A DNA stretch of 39,224 bases from a virus: the UHGV virus genome UHGV-1366437; one strand, written 5' to 3'. Shown one piece after another: positions 1 through 9,686 of the stretch; the stretch's first letter is position 1; each line of letters begins with the position of its first letter. Made by a program: the position numbers and the translations under genes. A model generated the notes under the pieces. It did not search any database. It saw only the letters and a program-made list of their open reading frames with translations, and was not told where the DNA came from.

Positions 1-2
1 AA

Positions 3-37
3 AGAAAAGCCCGCAAGCGATTAACTTGCGGGCTTTA
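3..37 (-). terminator. Rho-independent terminator hairpin after the tRNA fragment; its shape would also work on the plus strand
   Basis: Perfect 11-bp inverted repeat AAGCCCGCAAG / CTTGCGGGCTT around a 6-nt loop. On the minus strand it is followed by TTTTCTTT, and on the plus strand by TTTATTT. Confidence 0.6.
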
Positions 38-39
38 TT

Positions 40-89
40 TGGTGGAGCATAGCGGGTTCGAACCGCTGACCTCTTCAATGCCATTGAAG
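40..89 (-). tRNA. Partial tRNA: the 3' ~50 nt (anticodon stem to CCA) of a tRNA-Ala(GGC)-like gene; likely the duplicated att core (attR-type copy)
   Basis: The minus strand reads CTTCA-ATGGCAT-TGAAG (anticodon arm, U33, anticodon GGC), AGGTC variable loop, AGCGG-TTCGAAC-CCGCT T-arm, ATGCTCC acceptor 3' strand with U70 (the Ala G3:U70 identity position), discriminator A and CCA. The sequence upstream (91-135) is AT-rich and cannot form the D-arm or the 5' acceptor strand, so the gene is truncated. Confidence 0.6.
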
Positions 90-135
90 AGATTTTCACC
101 AAATAATTATTTATAATAAATTAGTTATGAAAACA

Positions 136-160
136 TTGTCTTTTATTTGTCTATTATTTT
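136..160. repeat. Left copy of a ~24-bp direct repeat (TTGTCTTTTAT + TTGTCTATTAT tandem half-sites); putative integrase arm-type site
   Basis: TTGTCTTTTATTTGTCTATTATTTT here matches 39090..39112 (TTGTCTTTTATGTCTATTATTTT) in the same orientation with one indel. Both copies lie just inside the prophage ends. Confidence 0.45.
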
Positions 161-3100
161 TCTCTTGCATTTTTCATCTCTTTCCTTATTTGCGCCTTCA
201 GTTCTTTTCTATCCTTAGCATCATCCTGTATCCCGAGATTGTCCAACAACCCAACAGTAAATTTCGATAGATTAGCAAATGTTGATCCCATAAGTCCAGT
301 TGCGTAAATTGTCCCGCCCAATTTCGTCGCGCCAATCATAGTCTTCGACGCCACGGCCCCGGCAATGCCGCCGCTCTTCACAACATTGGCTCCAGCCTTG
401 GCATAGTCAATCCATGAGTCTTCCTTGTCGTCATTTGCCATTTTCCATATTTTGTTCAATGCCCTCATGGCTCCGACCGGATTAAACAAGGCATTCCCGG
501 TCCCGCCAAATCGTTGTTCAACGCCAGCGGCCCAATTTAATGCTTCACTGATGCCTCCCAAAAATGGGAGAGCATTTGCCGGACCAAGTAAAATACCAAG
601 CATATAGTCTTCCCATTCCGGCATGCCCGGCTCATCGTCATTAAACCAATCGATTGCAAAAGCAATCATCTGATTCAACAAACCCGATATAAACCATGAA
701 GCTCCGGCTCTCCCCATCTGCTTCCAGGCATCAATCTTCTTGCCTTGCCTCATAAGCATCCTTCCCTCTTCCAGGTACATAATTGAACGGGCCGCCGATT
801 TTATGGCATCATTCCCCATAAACGTAAATACTTGAGACCATGTCCCGGACAATAATGATCTGGTCCATGGGTCGATCGGAGCGGCGCTAACAGCAAGGCC
901 GTATTCCACATCATTGCGTGCTGCTTCATTCGCCTGATCTTCAATCTGCCTCTCGCTTAAACGCTCCCTTTCTGGAGCTCTTTTATTTTCTTCTTCAATC
1001 CTCTTCTTGTATTCCAACACCTTGGAATCATATACAGCCGCGAAGGAAAGAACATTTGCCCCTGCGTCCACATATTCCATGGGAACCATTCCCATTTGCA
1101 CCTGCCGCAGCAATTCGGGATAATGCATTCCGGATGGCGTAGACATCGCCTCAGTTGCCATCTTGATATCAAACCGTCCATCCCTGGCTCCATTTACACG
1201 GCGCTTGAATATATTGCTCTTCCAGAGCCTCGCAATGGTCTTATTGGAACGCCCTGTTAAAACACTCCCCATAGACCCAATCCATGCGACCGGAGAAACA
1301 CCAGGAGCCACAGCCCCATTGGCTATTGCCTCCAGCTGACGGATAACTGTATTCACATTGCCCGACAAGAGCCCTAATGCCTGGGGTCCCATGCATGCCT
1401 GCATCATTGCAAAATCAGATTTTAAGCGTCCGGAATCTTTCATTCCTGCATTCTCAAGCATTTTGATTCTGTCAATAAGTGCACTATAAAAAGATTCGCC
1501 GGCATTTAACTTGATCGCATCAGATACCTCTTTCCTTCGCAGAAGCGTCTTGGCATTATTGAGAGTTTCCGCAGTACATATCCATGTATTTGTTTCCGTC
1601 ATGTGCCTCAAATAAACCTCCGTGGCGCTCATTGTTAGATCAGGTTTGGCATTATGTCGAATTCGAGACATCAGGAAACGATTGAATCCCCCAAACATGC
1701 CCGACGGTGTTCCGCCGGCAGGCTTATCATCTTTGTCGCTCTTCAGGGTTTCTGCTACATCAAACTGCCCCGGCCAATAATTTTCCTCAGAAGCAAAAGG
1801 AACGCCAAACATTTTTTCATACACAGGAGCTATTCCCTTGTCGCGGTTCCAGTCCATTTCCCTTCTCATATATTCGCCAAGCTCAAGTACTTCCTTCCCG
1901 CAAAATTTCTCGATCTTTGCAACAACATCATCAGAGAATCCGGCAAGAGCATAATTGAACCTGTATCTTCTTTGCCTCAATCCAAGCAAATCGTTCAATG
2001 CGGACATTTTGCTGGCTACATATTTCTGGCGTTCACCATACGTGACATATTCATATTGCAGTTTTTTATGCCGGTCTCTATCAATCTCTTCCCGGCTCCT
2101 GCCGTTGTATCTTTCCAGGGCATCCCTGATTGCCGCACGTTCCGCCGGGACAAAATCACTTCCCGAAAAATCAGTTTCGACAAACTTCTTTGCATCATCT
2201 ATTGAAATGCTTTTCTTGTGCGCCTCTGCCGGCTTGATCCATATGCCAGTGTCCCGCACCTTTAATGCATCATTCTGCCATCTGTAAAACTCGCGCCCTT
2301 TCTTGCCCGTTATTTTCTTCGCAGCCTTGACAAGCCGATCCTTGATTTCGTGCATCCTTGTATCGACTTGCGTTGATACTGATCCAAGTTCACGGCCAAA
2401 CTCATCAGCGTATCGACTAACCCCCGGTATTGTTTTCAATACTTCAAATAACTGCGGGCCATTTAATGCTGCAGCAAGCATTTTACCCATTGGCACAGGA
2501 GCCCCTCCTGTATGCAATTTGCCTTCGCCATCCTCCCATTCCGCCACCTTCTGTTTTGTCAATGTGTTGCCGCTCTCGGCCTTAATAGTGGATTCCGTAA
2601 TGATCTCATCAGCGATTTTGTCAATACGTTCCTTACGATCATCAAGAACCTTTTTCCATCGTTCCTTCCCGGATGAAACAAAATCAAGAAGCACATTAAC
2701 CGCAGTACTCAGCTCATCAATGGAAGCTTCTTGAATATTTCCAAACGTCTTGAGTCGCAGTATTTCCGTGTCTATCTCATCCATTTGACGGTTTCTATCC
2801 GATGCGTCCAGCCTGGAATCAGCGGAAATATTATTCTGTTGCTCCATCAAGTCGGCAATAGCCCCCTGCATCTGGCTCCCATCAAGATCCATATACTTTT
2901 TTATTCTCATCAGGATAGCCTGATCTTCGGCTCCCATTTTTCGAGACACCCCATATTTCTCGGTCTTTTTATTGACTACACTCAGATTTCCGTCCGCAAT
3001 TCGCCTCAACGACTCTCGATATTTATCGGCTGCATACTCCTCAATCTTTTCATCCACTCTGTCCAGGAAGCGGCGAAAAAGCACATCGGCCTTCTCTTCC

Positions 3101-6100
3101 GCCCAGGATTCAACTCCATGCGCCGCCTCAAGTTCATCAATTCTCTTCGCCATTGGTTCTGAAATGAAATCGGGAACATCATCCAACTTCATTTTTCCCG
3201 TAGTAGCAGCTTCGGCATACTTTGTCATCCAAGTAACATACGGATCTATACCAAATTTGTAGCCACGCGGAAGCATGTTGGCCGCCGTATTAATCACAGA
3301 GGATGAACGAATGACGGCCTTTAAGAACTCGACTCTTTTCGCCTTTGATGTTTTCAATAGCCCGTTTACCCGGTCGATTTCCTTGCGAGCCCGTTTTGCT
3401 GTAGCATCCCAGAACTTTGCCTTCGCGGCATGCCCCGAGTTATCCAGTTTACGCATGAAATCATCGAATGACTCACGGGAAGCAACGGAGAAATCTACAC
3501 CCGGTTTCCCATTGACATTGGAATCATTTTCATTCTTAATCTCTCTGGAAGTACGGGGAGTATAAACCTCCATTGTGTTGGGCATTGATCCAATGGTACT
3601 CCTAACCCAGGCCGTCTTAAACGACAGTCTGGGCTTTTTACTTCTTCTCAGGGTTGTTTCTATGACATTCTCTACCGTGTGAATTTCTCCATGTGGATAT
3701 TGTTTAACGTAAATCACTGACGAAGAATTCCCATCCCCTTTTTTGAAATGCATGGCATCATAATTATCAATCACATCCAGAATAAGCTTTATATCTTCTT
3801 TCGTAAGATCAAGCTGGCCTCTGTTCAATGAACTGTCGTTTCCGTGTCTATTGATAGCATGGACAATTGCCTCCGCCCTGAATTCGTGCATCATGCCGGA
3901 AACATCTATTCCCAAACCGCTTTTAATGTCTTCAATCTCTCTGGGTGAGACCTCTCTATACGAAATCGCGCCAAGTTTCGTCTTGTCTTTTTCCTCGCTC
4001 TCAAAAATACGATCAACAAAATCAAAGACATTCTTCTTATTGGGATCTCCCTCAAGAGACCTTATTGTTTCCGAAACGGAAAAACCAACCGCATGCCGGG
4101 ATGATTCCCGAATCATGTCGGCAGCAGCCTTATTGCCTTCCAGCCTATAGCTTTCACTGGAAACTCCGGCCATCTCATAGACAAACCTGTGCCAATCCCC
4201 CTCAATTTTTCCAGATTTTGCGGCACTATCCACAGCCGCTCCCAATCTGGCGAGATTACGAATAGCCGCCCATACTCTTTTAAGCCAATTGATAAACCTG
4301 CGGCTTTGTTCCGGAAGCTTCGTTTCGTCAATCCTGTTGGTCATGACAGATTTGCCGACTCTGGACAAAGCTTCAACAACACGGGATTCTTCCACATTTC
4401 CCTCTGCGGGAACAAGTTCTCCCAAGTCCAGCTTCTTGTAATACTCGGTCATCTGCAATGCCCGCAAATTATCGATATGCCATTGGGTTCCCCCTCGTCT
4501 GGCAAAGTCTCTCCTGGCAAAAATTTCCATTCCTTCTTCCAGGATTTCATTCATGGAAGCACGTTCTTCAACCCATCTGATCAAGGCTTTCCCGTCATCC
4601 AGAATAAAATTGTAGGCATTCGTCGCTGCATTCTGTTCAGTAATGACTTCGCGGCCTGCCATTTCATTTTCCGTACGTATGCGCTCGCGGAGTTTGCCGG
4701 GAAGATCACGGATGGCTCCAAGAGGCATATAATTAGACAAAGACGGGTCAACAAGTGATTCGGCGTTCCTTGCTCCCTCAAGGTTGAGTTTGGCGATAGC
4801 ATCGCTCGCAATCCTGGCTTGTGCCTCCAGGCGTGCAATAGTTTGGACTCCATTCATTCTCTCAAAAACAAGTCCGGGGTCCTTATGCTGAAGATACTCG
4901 ACGGCTCCACGTGCAGCCGCCCTGTTTTCTTCGACAAAAATATTTTGCCTTTGCGCCGCGGTTAATTGAGCGTTCATATAATGGATTGCCTGGTTTTCAT
5001 CCATAGATAGTTTTTCGCCAGTATCCCGTCTAGTCACAATCCACAACCCGTCATTACCCCGCTCAAATAAGTCAATCTCTCCCGCCTTCATGAGATCCCG
5101 CACGGATGGGAAATCAATAGGAACAGCTACAACATCAGTTTCTGATAACTCTTCCGTCTGGCTGGATTGTGATTCTTCTGAGGTTGCCGTCTTGTCAGAA
5201 TCATTGCTGCCTACTTGTTTTTCTTCATCTATCTGAGTTTGACGCCTAAGATCCCATGCTGCTTTCATATCAAGAAAACGGCCAATCTGTTTATCCGGGT
5301 TGGCAGTATTGGAAATCCTTGCAATTTCCTGCTCCGTAGCTCCCAGCTCGCGCAGCAAATCGGGAGATTCGCAAACCTTTAAGATGCCATTTCTTTGAAC
5401 CATTCCCATCTCTCGTACGGCATCACGGATTTCCCTGACGCGATCAATCTTTCCATAACCGGCAGTAACTCCCCCCATCAATGCAGACACCAAAAATGTC
5501 TCAACGTTTGTTTTCCAATCAGCGGCCGCATGAAATTCATCCATCGCTTCCTCCCACCTCATTAACTTCCCCGCCCCCAGCATATAGGAAAGACTATTAT
5601 CAAGACCATATTCCACAAGGGGTGTAGCAAAGTTTTCCCCTATTTCACCCAATGTGTTTACAGCCGTCCCTTTAGCATACCTTTTAAATAAGCCGCCTTT
5701 GTTAATCCAATTGTCCACAGCTCCGTTCATTTTACCGAACGGGGTACGGATACCGAACCTTCGAAGTTGCCCGAATGATCCAAGAGTTACTCTTTCGACA
5801 GCATAGTTTGCAGCGGCATTATTAGCTCCGGCAATAAAAGACTGGTAGACGGAATTACCCTCTGCCCGTTTCTGACGAAATCTCTCTTCCCCTCCGGCAA
5901 TAACACTTCCGCCTTTAGTAGCCATAAAAGCTAGAGTTTGTGCAATTGCCGTCCCTGCTCCATCGGCAAGCTCTCTTACAATCCCGGATCCCTCCGGTGC
6001 CTGCCATGACAAGTCGGCCACACTTCGCAAATCAATTAGAACCTGACTTTCCTCTGGAGTTAAGCCCTTGGTGGCAATTCCAAGGGCAGTAGACCGAAGT

Positions 6101-7050
6101 CCTCTGACTATGCGAAGCAATTCACCTGCTCCAGATGACAGGAAAGGAATATTATTGTCCTGTTCTCCCTTCATCTCGGATGTAAAAGCATCCATGACAA
6201 GATAATAAGCCTCCTTATCATCTGTCCTCAATGCTGCCAGCGACCTGACAAATTCGTTCTGGCTCAGGGCCCCGCCATATTTCTGCTGCATGAACTCATA
6301 CGTCCATTTGGCGGCCCAATCACGCGCACGGTATGCACTCCATCGGATACGCTCCCATTCTTGCAAGCTTTCGGCACTATCAAAGACAGGTTCTCCTCCA
6401 ATCACCTCAGGATTACCGGACTGATTCAGAACATATCCAATCGCCGCTTGGCGAGCCTTGGAAACCTCATTCTTAACTCGCAAGAATTCATTTCGCCTTT
6501 TGTCTCCTATCGTACGCAAGGTCTCAAAAATAGAATCAGTTTTGGAATCCTTTGCCTTCAATTTTTCTGCAAGAAGATTCCGATTCATCATTGTGTCCGT
6601 TCCATAATATGCTTCGGTCGCCGCTCCCACTGCCCAATCCTTCCGTGATTCCAGTGGCATCGATTTCAAAATATCTGCCTCATCACCGAGAGCCTCTTTT
6701 GCCTCTTGAAACACCTCCGGGCTTTCCAAATCAAGGGAGGCGTATGTAGCGAAATCGGTTTTCCTGACAGCTCTTGAAGTTCTCATTTCCTGTAATGGAT
6801 TTTTCCCGACAGCCTTCATGCGGTCCTCATAATCCATCATGGAAAAAACAAGTCTCTTCTGCATCTCGCTTTCATGATTCAAAACAGGCAGGTAATCCCA
6901 CGCATTTTCAAAATCCTCCTGAGAATCAACCACAAAAGGATTCTTTAGCCCCAATTTTGAAAAAATATCATTGTCGCCAGTCAGTTGACCCGGCATAGAA
7001 AAAGTTTGTGTATTCATGGCATTATTGAAAATCGGACATTTGTTGTGCAA
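154..7050 (-). CDS. Giant (2,298 aa) virion internal-core / DNA-ejection protein, in the position of T7 gp16 but far larger
   Basis: Single uninterrupted ORF, last gene of the structural operon after the gp14- and gp15-like genes. The C-terminal 300 aa carry glycine-zipper hydrophobic segments (GGIAGAVASKTMIGATKLGGTIYATGLMG, MLGILLGPANALPFLGG) typical of membrane-channel-forming ejection proteins. No lytic transglycosylase motif was recognised. The start may instead be the Met at 7017, which sits 7 nt after the upstream stop. Confidence 0.5.
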   Translation of the reverse strand: MHNKCPIFNNAMNTQTFSMPGQLTGDNDIFSKLGLKNPFVVDSQEDFENAWDYLPVLNHESEMQKRLVFSMMDYEDRMKAVGKNPLQEMRTSRAVRKTDFATYASLDLESPEVFQEAKEALGDEADILKSMPLESRKDWAVGAATEAYYGTDTMMNRNLLAEKLKAKDSKTDSIFETLRTIGDKRRNEFLRVKNEVSKARQAAIGYVLNQSGNPEVIGGEPVFDSAESLQEWERIRWSAYRARDWAAKWTYEFMQQKYGGALSQNEFVRSLAALRTDDKEAYYLVMDAFTSEMKGEQDNNIPFLSSGAGELLRIVRGLRSTALGIATKGLTPEESQVLIDLRSVADLSWQAPEGSGIVRELADGAGTAIAQTLAFMATKGGSVIAGGEERFRQKRAEGNSVYQSFIAGANNAAANYAVERVTLGSFGQLRRFGIRTPFGKMNGAVDNWINKGGLFKRYAKGTAVNTLGEIGENFATPLVEYGLDNSLSYMLGAGKLMRWEEAMDEFHAAADWKTNVETFLVSALMGGVTAGYGKIDRVREIRDAVREMGMVQRNGILKVCESPDLLRELGATEQEIARISNTANPDKQIGRFLDMKAAWDLRRQTQIDEEKQVGSNDSDKTATSEESQSSQTEELSETDVVAVPIDFPSVRDLMKAGEIDLFERGNDGLWIVTRRDTGEKLSMDENQAIHYMNAQLTAAQRQNIFVEENRAAARGAVEYLQHKDPGLVFERMNGVQTIARLEAQARIASDAIAKLNLEGARNAESLVDPSLSNYMPLGAIRDLPGKLRERIRTENEMAGREVITEQNAATNAYNFILDDGKALIRWVEERASMNEILEEGMEIFARRDFARRGGTQWHIDNLRALQMTEYYKKLDLGELVPAEGNVEESRVVEALSRVGKSVMTNRIDETKLPEQSRRFINWLKRVWAAIRNLARLGAAVDSAAKSGKIEGDWHRFVYEMAGVSSESYRLEGNKAAADMIRESSRHAVGFSVSETIRSLEGDPNKKNVFDFVDRIFESEEKDKTKLGAISYREVSPREIEDIKSGLGIDVSGMMHEFRAEAIVHAINRHGNDSSLNRGQLDLTKEDIKLILDVIDNYDAMHFKKGDGNSSSVIYVKQYPHGEIHTVENVIETTLRRSKKPRLSFKTAWVRSTIGSMPNTMEVYTPRTSREIKNENDSNVNGKPGVDFSVASRESFDDFMRKLDNSGHAAKAKFWDATAKRARKEIDRVNGLLKTSKAKRVEFLKAVIRSSSVINTAANMLPRGYKFGIDPYVTWMTKYAEAATTGKMKLDDVPDFISEPMAKRIDELEAAHGVESWAEEKADVLFRRFLDRVDEKIEEYAADKYRESLRRIADGNLSVVNKKTEKYGVSRKMGAEDQAILMRIKKYMDLDGSQMQGAIADLMEQQNNISADSRLDASDRNRQMDEIDTEILRLKTFGNIQEASIDELSTAVNVLLDFVSSGKERWKKVLDDRKERIDKIADEIITESTIKAESGNTLTKQKVAEWEDGEGKLHTGGAPVPMGKMLAAALNGPQLFEVLKTIPGVSRYADEFGRELGSVSTQVDTRMHEIKDRLVKAAKKITGKKGREFYRWQNDALKVRDTGIWIKPAEAHKKSISIDDAKKFVETDFSGSDFVPAERAAIRDALERYNGRSREEIDRDRHKKLQYEYVTYGERQKYVASKMSALNDLLGLRQRRYRFNYALAGFSDDVVAKIEKFCGKEVLELGEYMRREMDWNRDKGIAPVYEKMFGVPFASEENYWPGQFDVAETLKSDKDDKPAGGTPSGMFGGFNRFLMSRIRHNAKPDLTMSATEVYLRHMTETNTWICTAETLNNAKTLLRRKEVSDAIKLNAGESFYSALIDRIKMLENAGMKDSGRLKSDFAMMQACMGPQALGLLSGNVNTVIRQLEAIANGAVAPGVSPVAWIGSMGSVLTGRSNKTIARLWKSNIFKRRVNGARDGRFDIKMATEAMSTPSGMHYPELLRQVQMGMVPMEYVDAGANVLSFAAVYDSKVLEYKKRIEEENKRAPERERLSERQIEDQANEAARNDVEYGLAVSAAPIDPWTRSLLSGTWSQVFTFMGNDAIKSAARSIMYLEEGRMLMRQGKKIDAWKQMGRAGASWFISGLLNQMIAFAIDWFNDDEPGMPEWEDYMLGILLGPANALPFLGGISEALNWAAGVEQRFGGTGNALFNPVGAMRALNKIWKMANDDKEDSWIDYAKAGANVVKSGGIAGAVASKTMIGATKLGGTIYATGLMGSTFANLSKFTVGLLDNLGIQDDAKDRKELKAQIRKEMKNAREK

Positions 7051-9166
7051 GTTCTGCTTCTTTCTCTAGCGGCGGAAGCAGAGAGGGATCATCAGGATCC
7101 ATGAGATCCCCATACGGCATTCCTGCTGGATCAATGGGCACGAGTCCGGCATCCGCCCCCTTTAAGCGATCATCATCGCTATTAATGATCCCAACCTTCT
7201 TGTATCCGGGAGGCATGTTCCTGTTCTTCGGTATTGTAATGACGGCTCCATTTAGCGAAGGCTTGGATCCATTAGTATAACACCTCTCATTGGCTTCAAG
7301 TGTTCCGAAAGAAATCTGTCCATTCACAAGACTTTTATCCACGCCAACAATACGGGTTTTAATCCTGTACCCATCTGATGTAGTCATCGTAATTTCAGCT
7401 CCGGATACGGCATCTTCCAATTTCACCTTACCAGATGCGACATCGTTTCTAACGGACTCCGGCAGGCTCATTGCAATATCAGGAGAAACAAGAACTCCCT
7501 TCGATTGGACATTCTCGTTAATTTTCGTGTATTTCATATCAATAGACGCAGTACGTGCGGCATAAGATTTTGCCGCTTCCATCATAGCGTCATTCTCCAA
7601 GTCAATAGACGATTTTGCATACTGCCGGCTCCGTTCGCGCCCCCATCGCATATAAGCCAGACTCTTTTGCTGTTCATCCCGGTTCCCGAAATTTTGCACG
7701 GTAACATGAGAAAAATATTTTCCTGTTCTGGCACCAATCAATTCCCGGATCTTCTTATCCTGCATGGCAGGAGAAGCCATTCTTCCTTCGGTTGTTTGCC
7801 GCCATTCCCTGAATTTTACATCAACCCATTGTTCATTTTCGTATGCCTCTTGTTCAGAAAGCATATATCTGTTGAAAAGAACAGGATTCCCTGCAGCATC
7901 CTTCCGTTTCTCTCCTTTTTCATCCATCAGAGGTACTCTTTCCCCATCCTTGTATCTCATTAAAAGAGTTCCGCCATTATCCTTATATGGAGAATAGTTC
8001 TTGTTGAGATTTCCTGATTCTCTCGCTATCCGAAGAAGCCCGGTAACGTCAATATCAGGATGTTCAGGATCCACATCCTTCATTCCATTAATAATATTTC
8101 CAATATCCTTTTCACTCAAATTCAACCCTTTCCATCTAGTCGTAAACTGCCCCGCCCAATCTTCAAATTCCGGGTTTGGCTTTCCATTTGGGAGAATTGG
8201 ATCCGGGGCGGCATTGGCTTCATAACGGGCTTTTCTTTGCATGATAGGATAAGCGAAGTCCATTCTTCCGGATGCCTGGAGCATGAGAATATTTGCATCT
8301 CCAATCCTGATAAATCCATTATCAACCCCATCCCTGACCATCTCAGGAGTCAATTTGCCGCTCTTGTTGTCCTTATAGATCTTCTCTTCATTTGCTTTTC
8401 TGTATTGCGCAAGGCTGGATTCCAGAACATTCCTTTGCTGTAATGTCAAATAAGTCAGATCACTAGGATCATTTAGTCGTTTTGCTGCTTCTTGGGGGGA
8501 TATATTAATGAGATCTCTCATGCCATTAAATTCTTTCATTCCATTTATTTCCCAAATTTGAGCCTGTTTTTCACCTTCCGTTAGAGTCGGATTTGACTTT
8601 GCAGCTTCAACAGAGGCATCATAATTTCCCTGTTTGATGTACATATCTGTCAGGGCGGCGGCATTTCTCCCCGCGACCCGAATCTTCCCGTCCTGCACAC
8701 CCTTGGCGGTATTGATAAGCAATGCCTTAGCGTCCTCCTCCTGCTGGAATCCCTCAAACCGGGCGATCAGCATCTCATCATTAAACTTCGGCTTCAGCTC
8801 CCTGATTCTGGCAGCCGCCTCATCTGCCCACTTCAAGTGCTTGTCGAACGCAAAAGGCTCCGCCGCAATCTTCTCCTGGAGCTGGGCATTAATGTCATTG
8901 ACTCTGATTTTGTATCCAGACGCAGCTCCATCGTCTTCAATCTTGTTAATCTTCTCAATTTGATCGCCCGCTTCCTGCTGAAGAAACGCCATAGCCTGGG
9001 ATGCGGTACTAAGAGAATTCGCCGCCGCTCCCGCTGCCATGCCTCCGTATCCTGGGTTAGCCTGGTTGCCAAGTCGTCCGTCCGCCGGCCTGTAATAGGG
9101 GATTTGTGCCATAGTTTTATCTTTGTGTGAATTGTTGCGCCGCAATAGAGCCAATCTGTCCTCCAA
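7022..9166 (-). CDS. Internal virion protein, gp15-like (714 aa; alternative start at 9112)
   Basis: Size and position parallel T7 gp15 (747 aa), between the gp14-like gene and the giant gene. No catalytic motif seen. Confidence 0.4.
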   Translation of the reverse strand: MEDRLALLRRNNSHKDKTMAQIPYYRPADGRLGNQANPGYGGMAAGAAANSLSTASQAMAFLQQEAGDQIEKINKIEDDGAASGYKIRVNDINAQLQEKIAAEPFAFDKHLKWADEAAARIRELKPKFNDEMLIARFEGFQQEEDAKALLINTAKGVQDGKIRVAGRNAAALTDMYIKQGNYDASVEAAKSNPTLTEGEKQAQIWEINGMKEFNGMRDLINISPQEAAKRLNDPSDLTYLTLQQRNVLESSLAQYRKANEEKIYKDNKSGKLTPEMVRDGVDNGFIRIGDANILMLQASGRMDFAYPIMQRKARYEANAAPDPILPNGKPNPEFEDWAGQFTTRWKGLNLSEKDIGNIINGMKDVDPEHPDIDVTGLLRIARESGNLNKNYSPYKDNGGTLLMRYKDGERVPLMDEKGEKRKDAAGNPVLFNRYMLSEQEAYENEQWVDVKFREWRQTTEGRMASPAMQDKKIRELIGARTGKYFSHVTVQNFGNRDEQQKSLAYMRWGRERSRQYAKSSIDLENDAMMEAAKSYAARTASIDMKYTKINENVQSKGVLVSPDIAMSLPESVRNDVASGKVKLEDAVSGAEITMTTSDGYRIKTRIVGVDKSLVNGQISFGTLEANERCYTNGSKPSLNGAVITIPKNRNMPPGYKKVGIINSDDDRLKGADAGLVPIDPAGMPYGDLMDPDDPSLLPPLEKEAELAQQMSDFQ

Positions 9167-9686
9167 TAGGTCCGCCTATCAGCGTGCCGCCAACCTTTGC
9201 CGCCGAATTAATCGCGGAGCTCAAGACACCCCACTTGGCAGCCTTCCTTGTCTGTCGTGCCTCCCACCTCTTAAGGTTCGCCTGGTAATTGATTATCTGC
9301 GCCTCCTGTACAGCCTTGCCCGCCGCATCATTGATTGCCACCTCCGCCTGTTGAGCAAGAGAAAGCCCCTGCCTGCCTCCCGAACCGTCCGCCGTCATGC
9401 CCCGCGCTCCGAGAGCCGCCGAAGCCTGGCTAACGGTATCGGCCTGATTGTGCCTTGCCCGCCGTCCATTGATGCCCGAATCAATCAGCGTCTGCTTCGC
9501 CGCTAGATCCAGACTGGCCGCGTTCTGATCAAGCACTCGTGCCTGACCCATGGCAGACTGATAGCCCATGATGCCGGAAAGGGCTGACGAGCCGACCGAC
9601 AGGACGCCAGCCGTGTTCCCAATCGCATTCAGGGTTTCTTTGTCGGTTATGCCTTCCAGCCCGAAGTTTTCTTTGCTAAAGCTCAT
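9117..9686 (-). CDS. Internal virion protein, gp14-like (189 aa)
   Basis: Ala/Gly/Gln-rich, 189 aa, start overlaps the upstream gene as ATGA. Matches T7 gp14 in position and size. Confidence 0.35.
   Translation of the reverse strand: MSFSKENFGLEGITDKETLNAIGNTAGVLSVGSSALSGIMGYQSAMGQARVLDQNAASLDLAAKQTLIDSGINGRRARHNQADTVSQASAALGARGMTADGSGGRQGLSLAQQAEVAINDAAGKAVQEAQIINYQANLKRWEARQTRKAAKWGVLSSAINSAAKVGGTLIGGPIGGQIGSIAAQQFTQR

Noticed and set aside
40-135. Possibility that a complete tRNA gene is present here
   Set aside because: Only the anticodon arm, variable loop, T-arm and acceptor 3' strand fold correctly. The upstream sequence (GGTGAAAATCT...) cannot form a D-arm or pair with ATGCTCC, so it is a 3' fragment and not a full gene.
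841-2650. GATC avoidance as evidence that the Dam-like methyltransferase is paired with a GATC-cutting or methyl-GATC-dependent nuclease
   Set aside because: GATC occurs repeatedly in this sample at about the expected frequency, so there is no depletion signal. Specificity of the nuclease cannot be inferred from site avoidance.
154-7050. Lytic transglycosylase or peptidase domain in the giant protein, as in T7 gp16
   Set aside because: I found no SLT-type (E-S...GLMQ) or HExxH motif by eye, so no enzymatic call is made.
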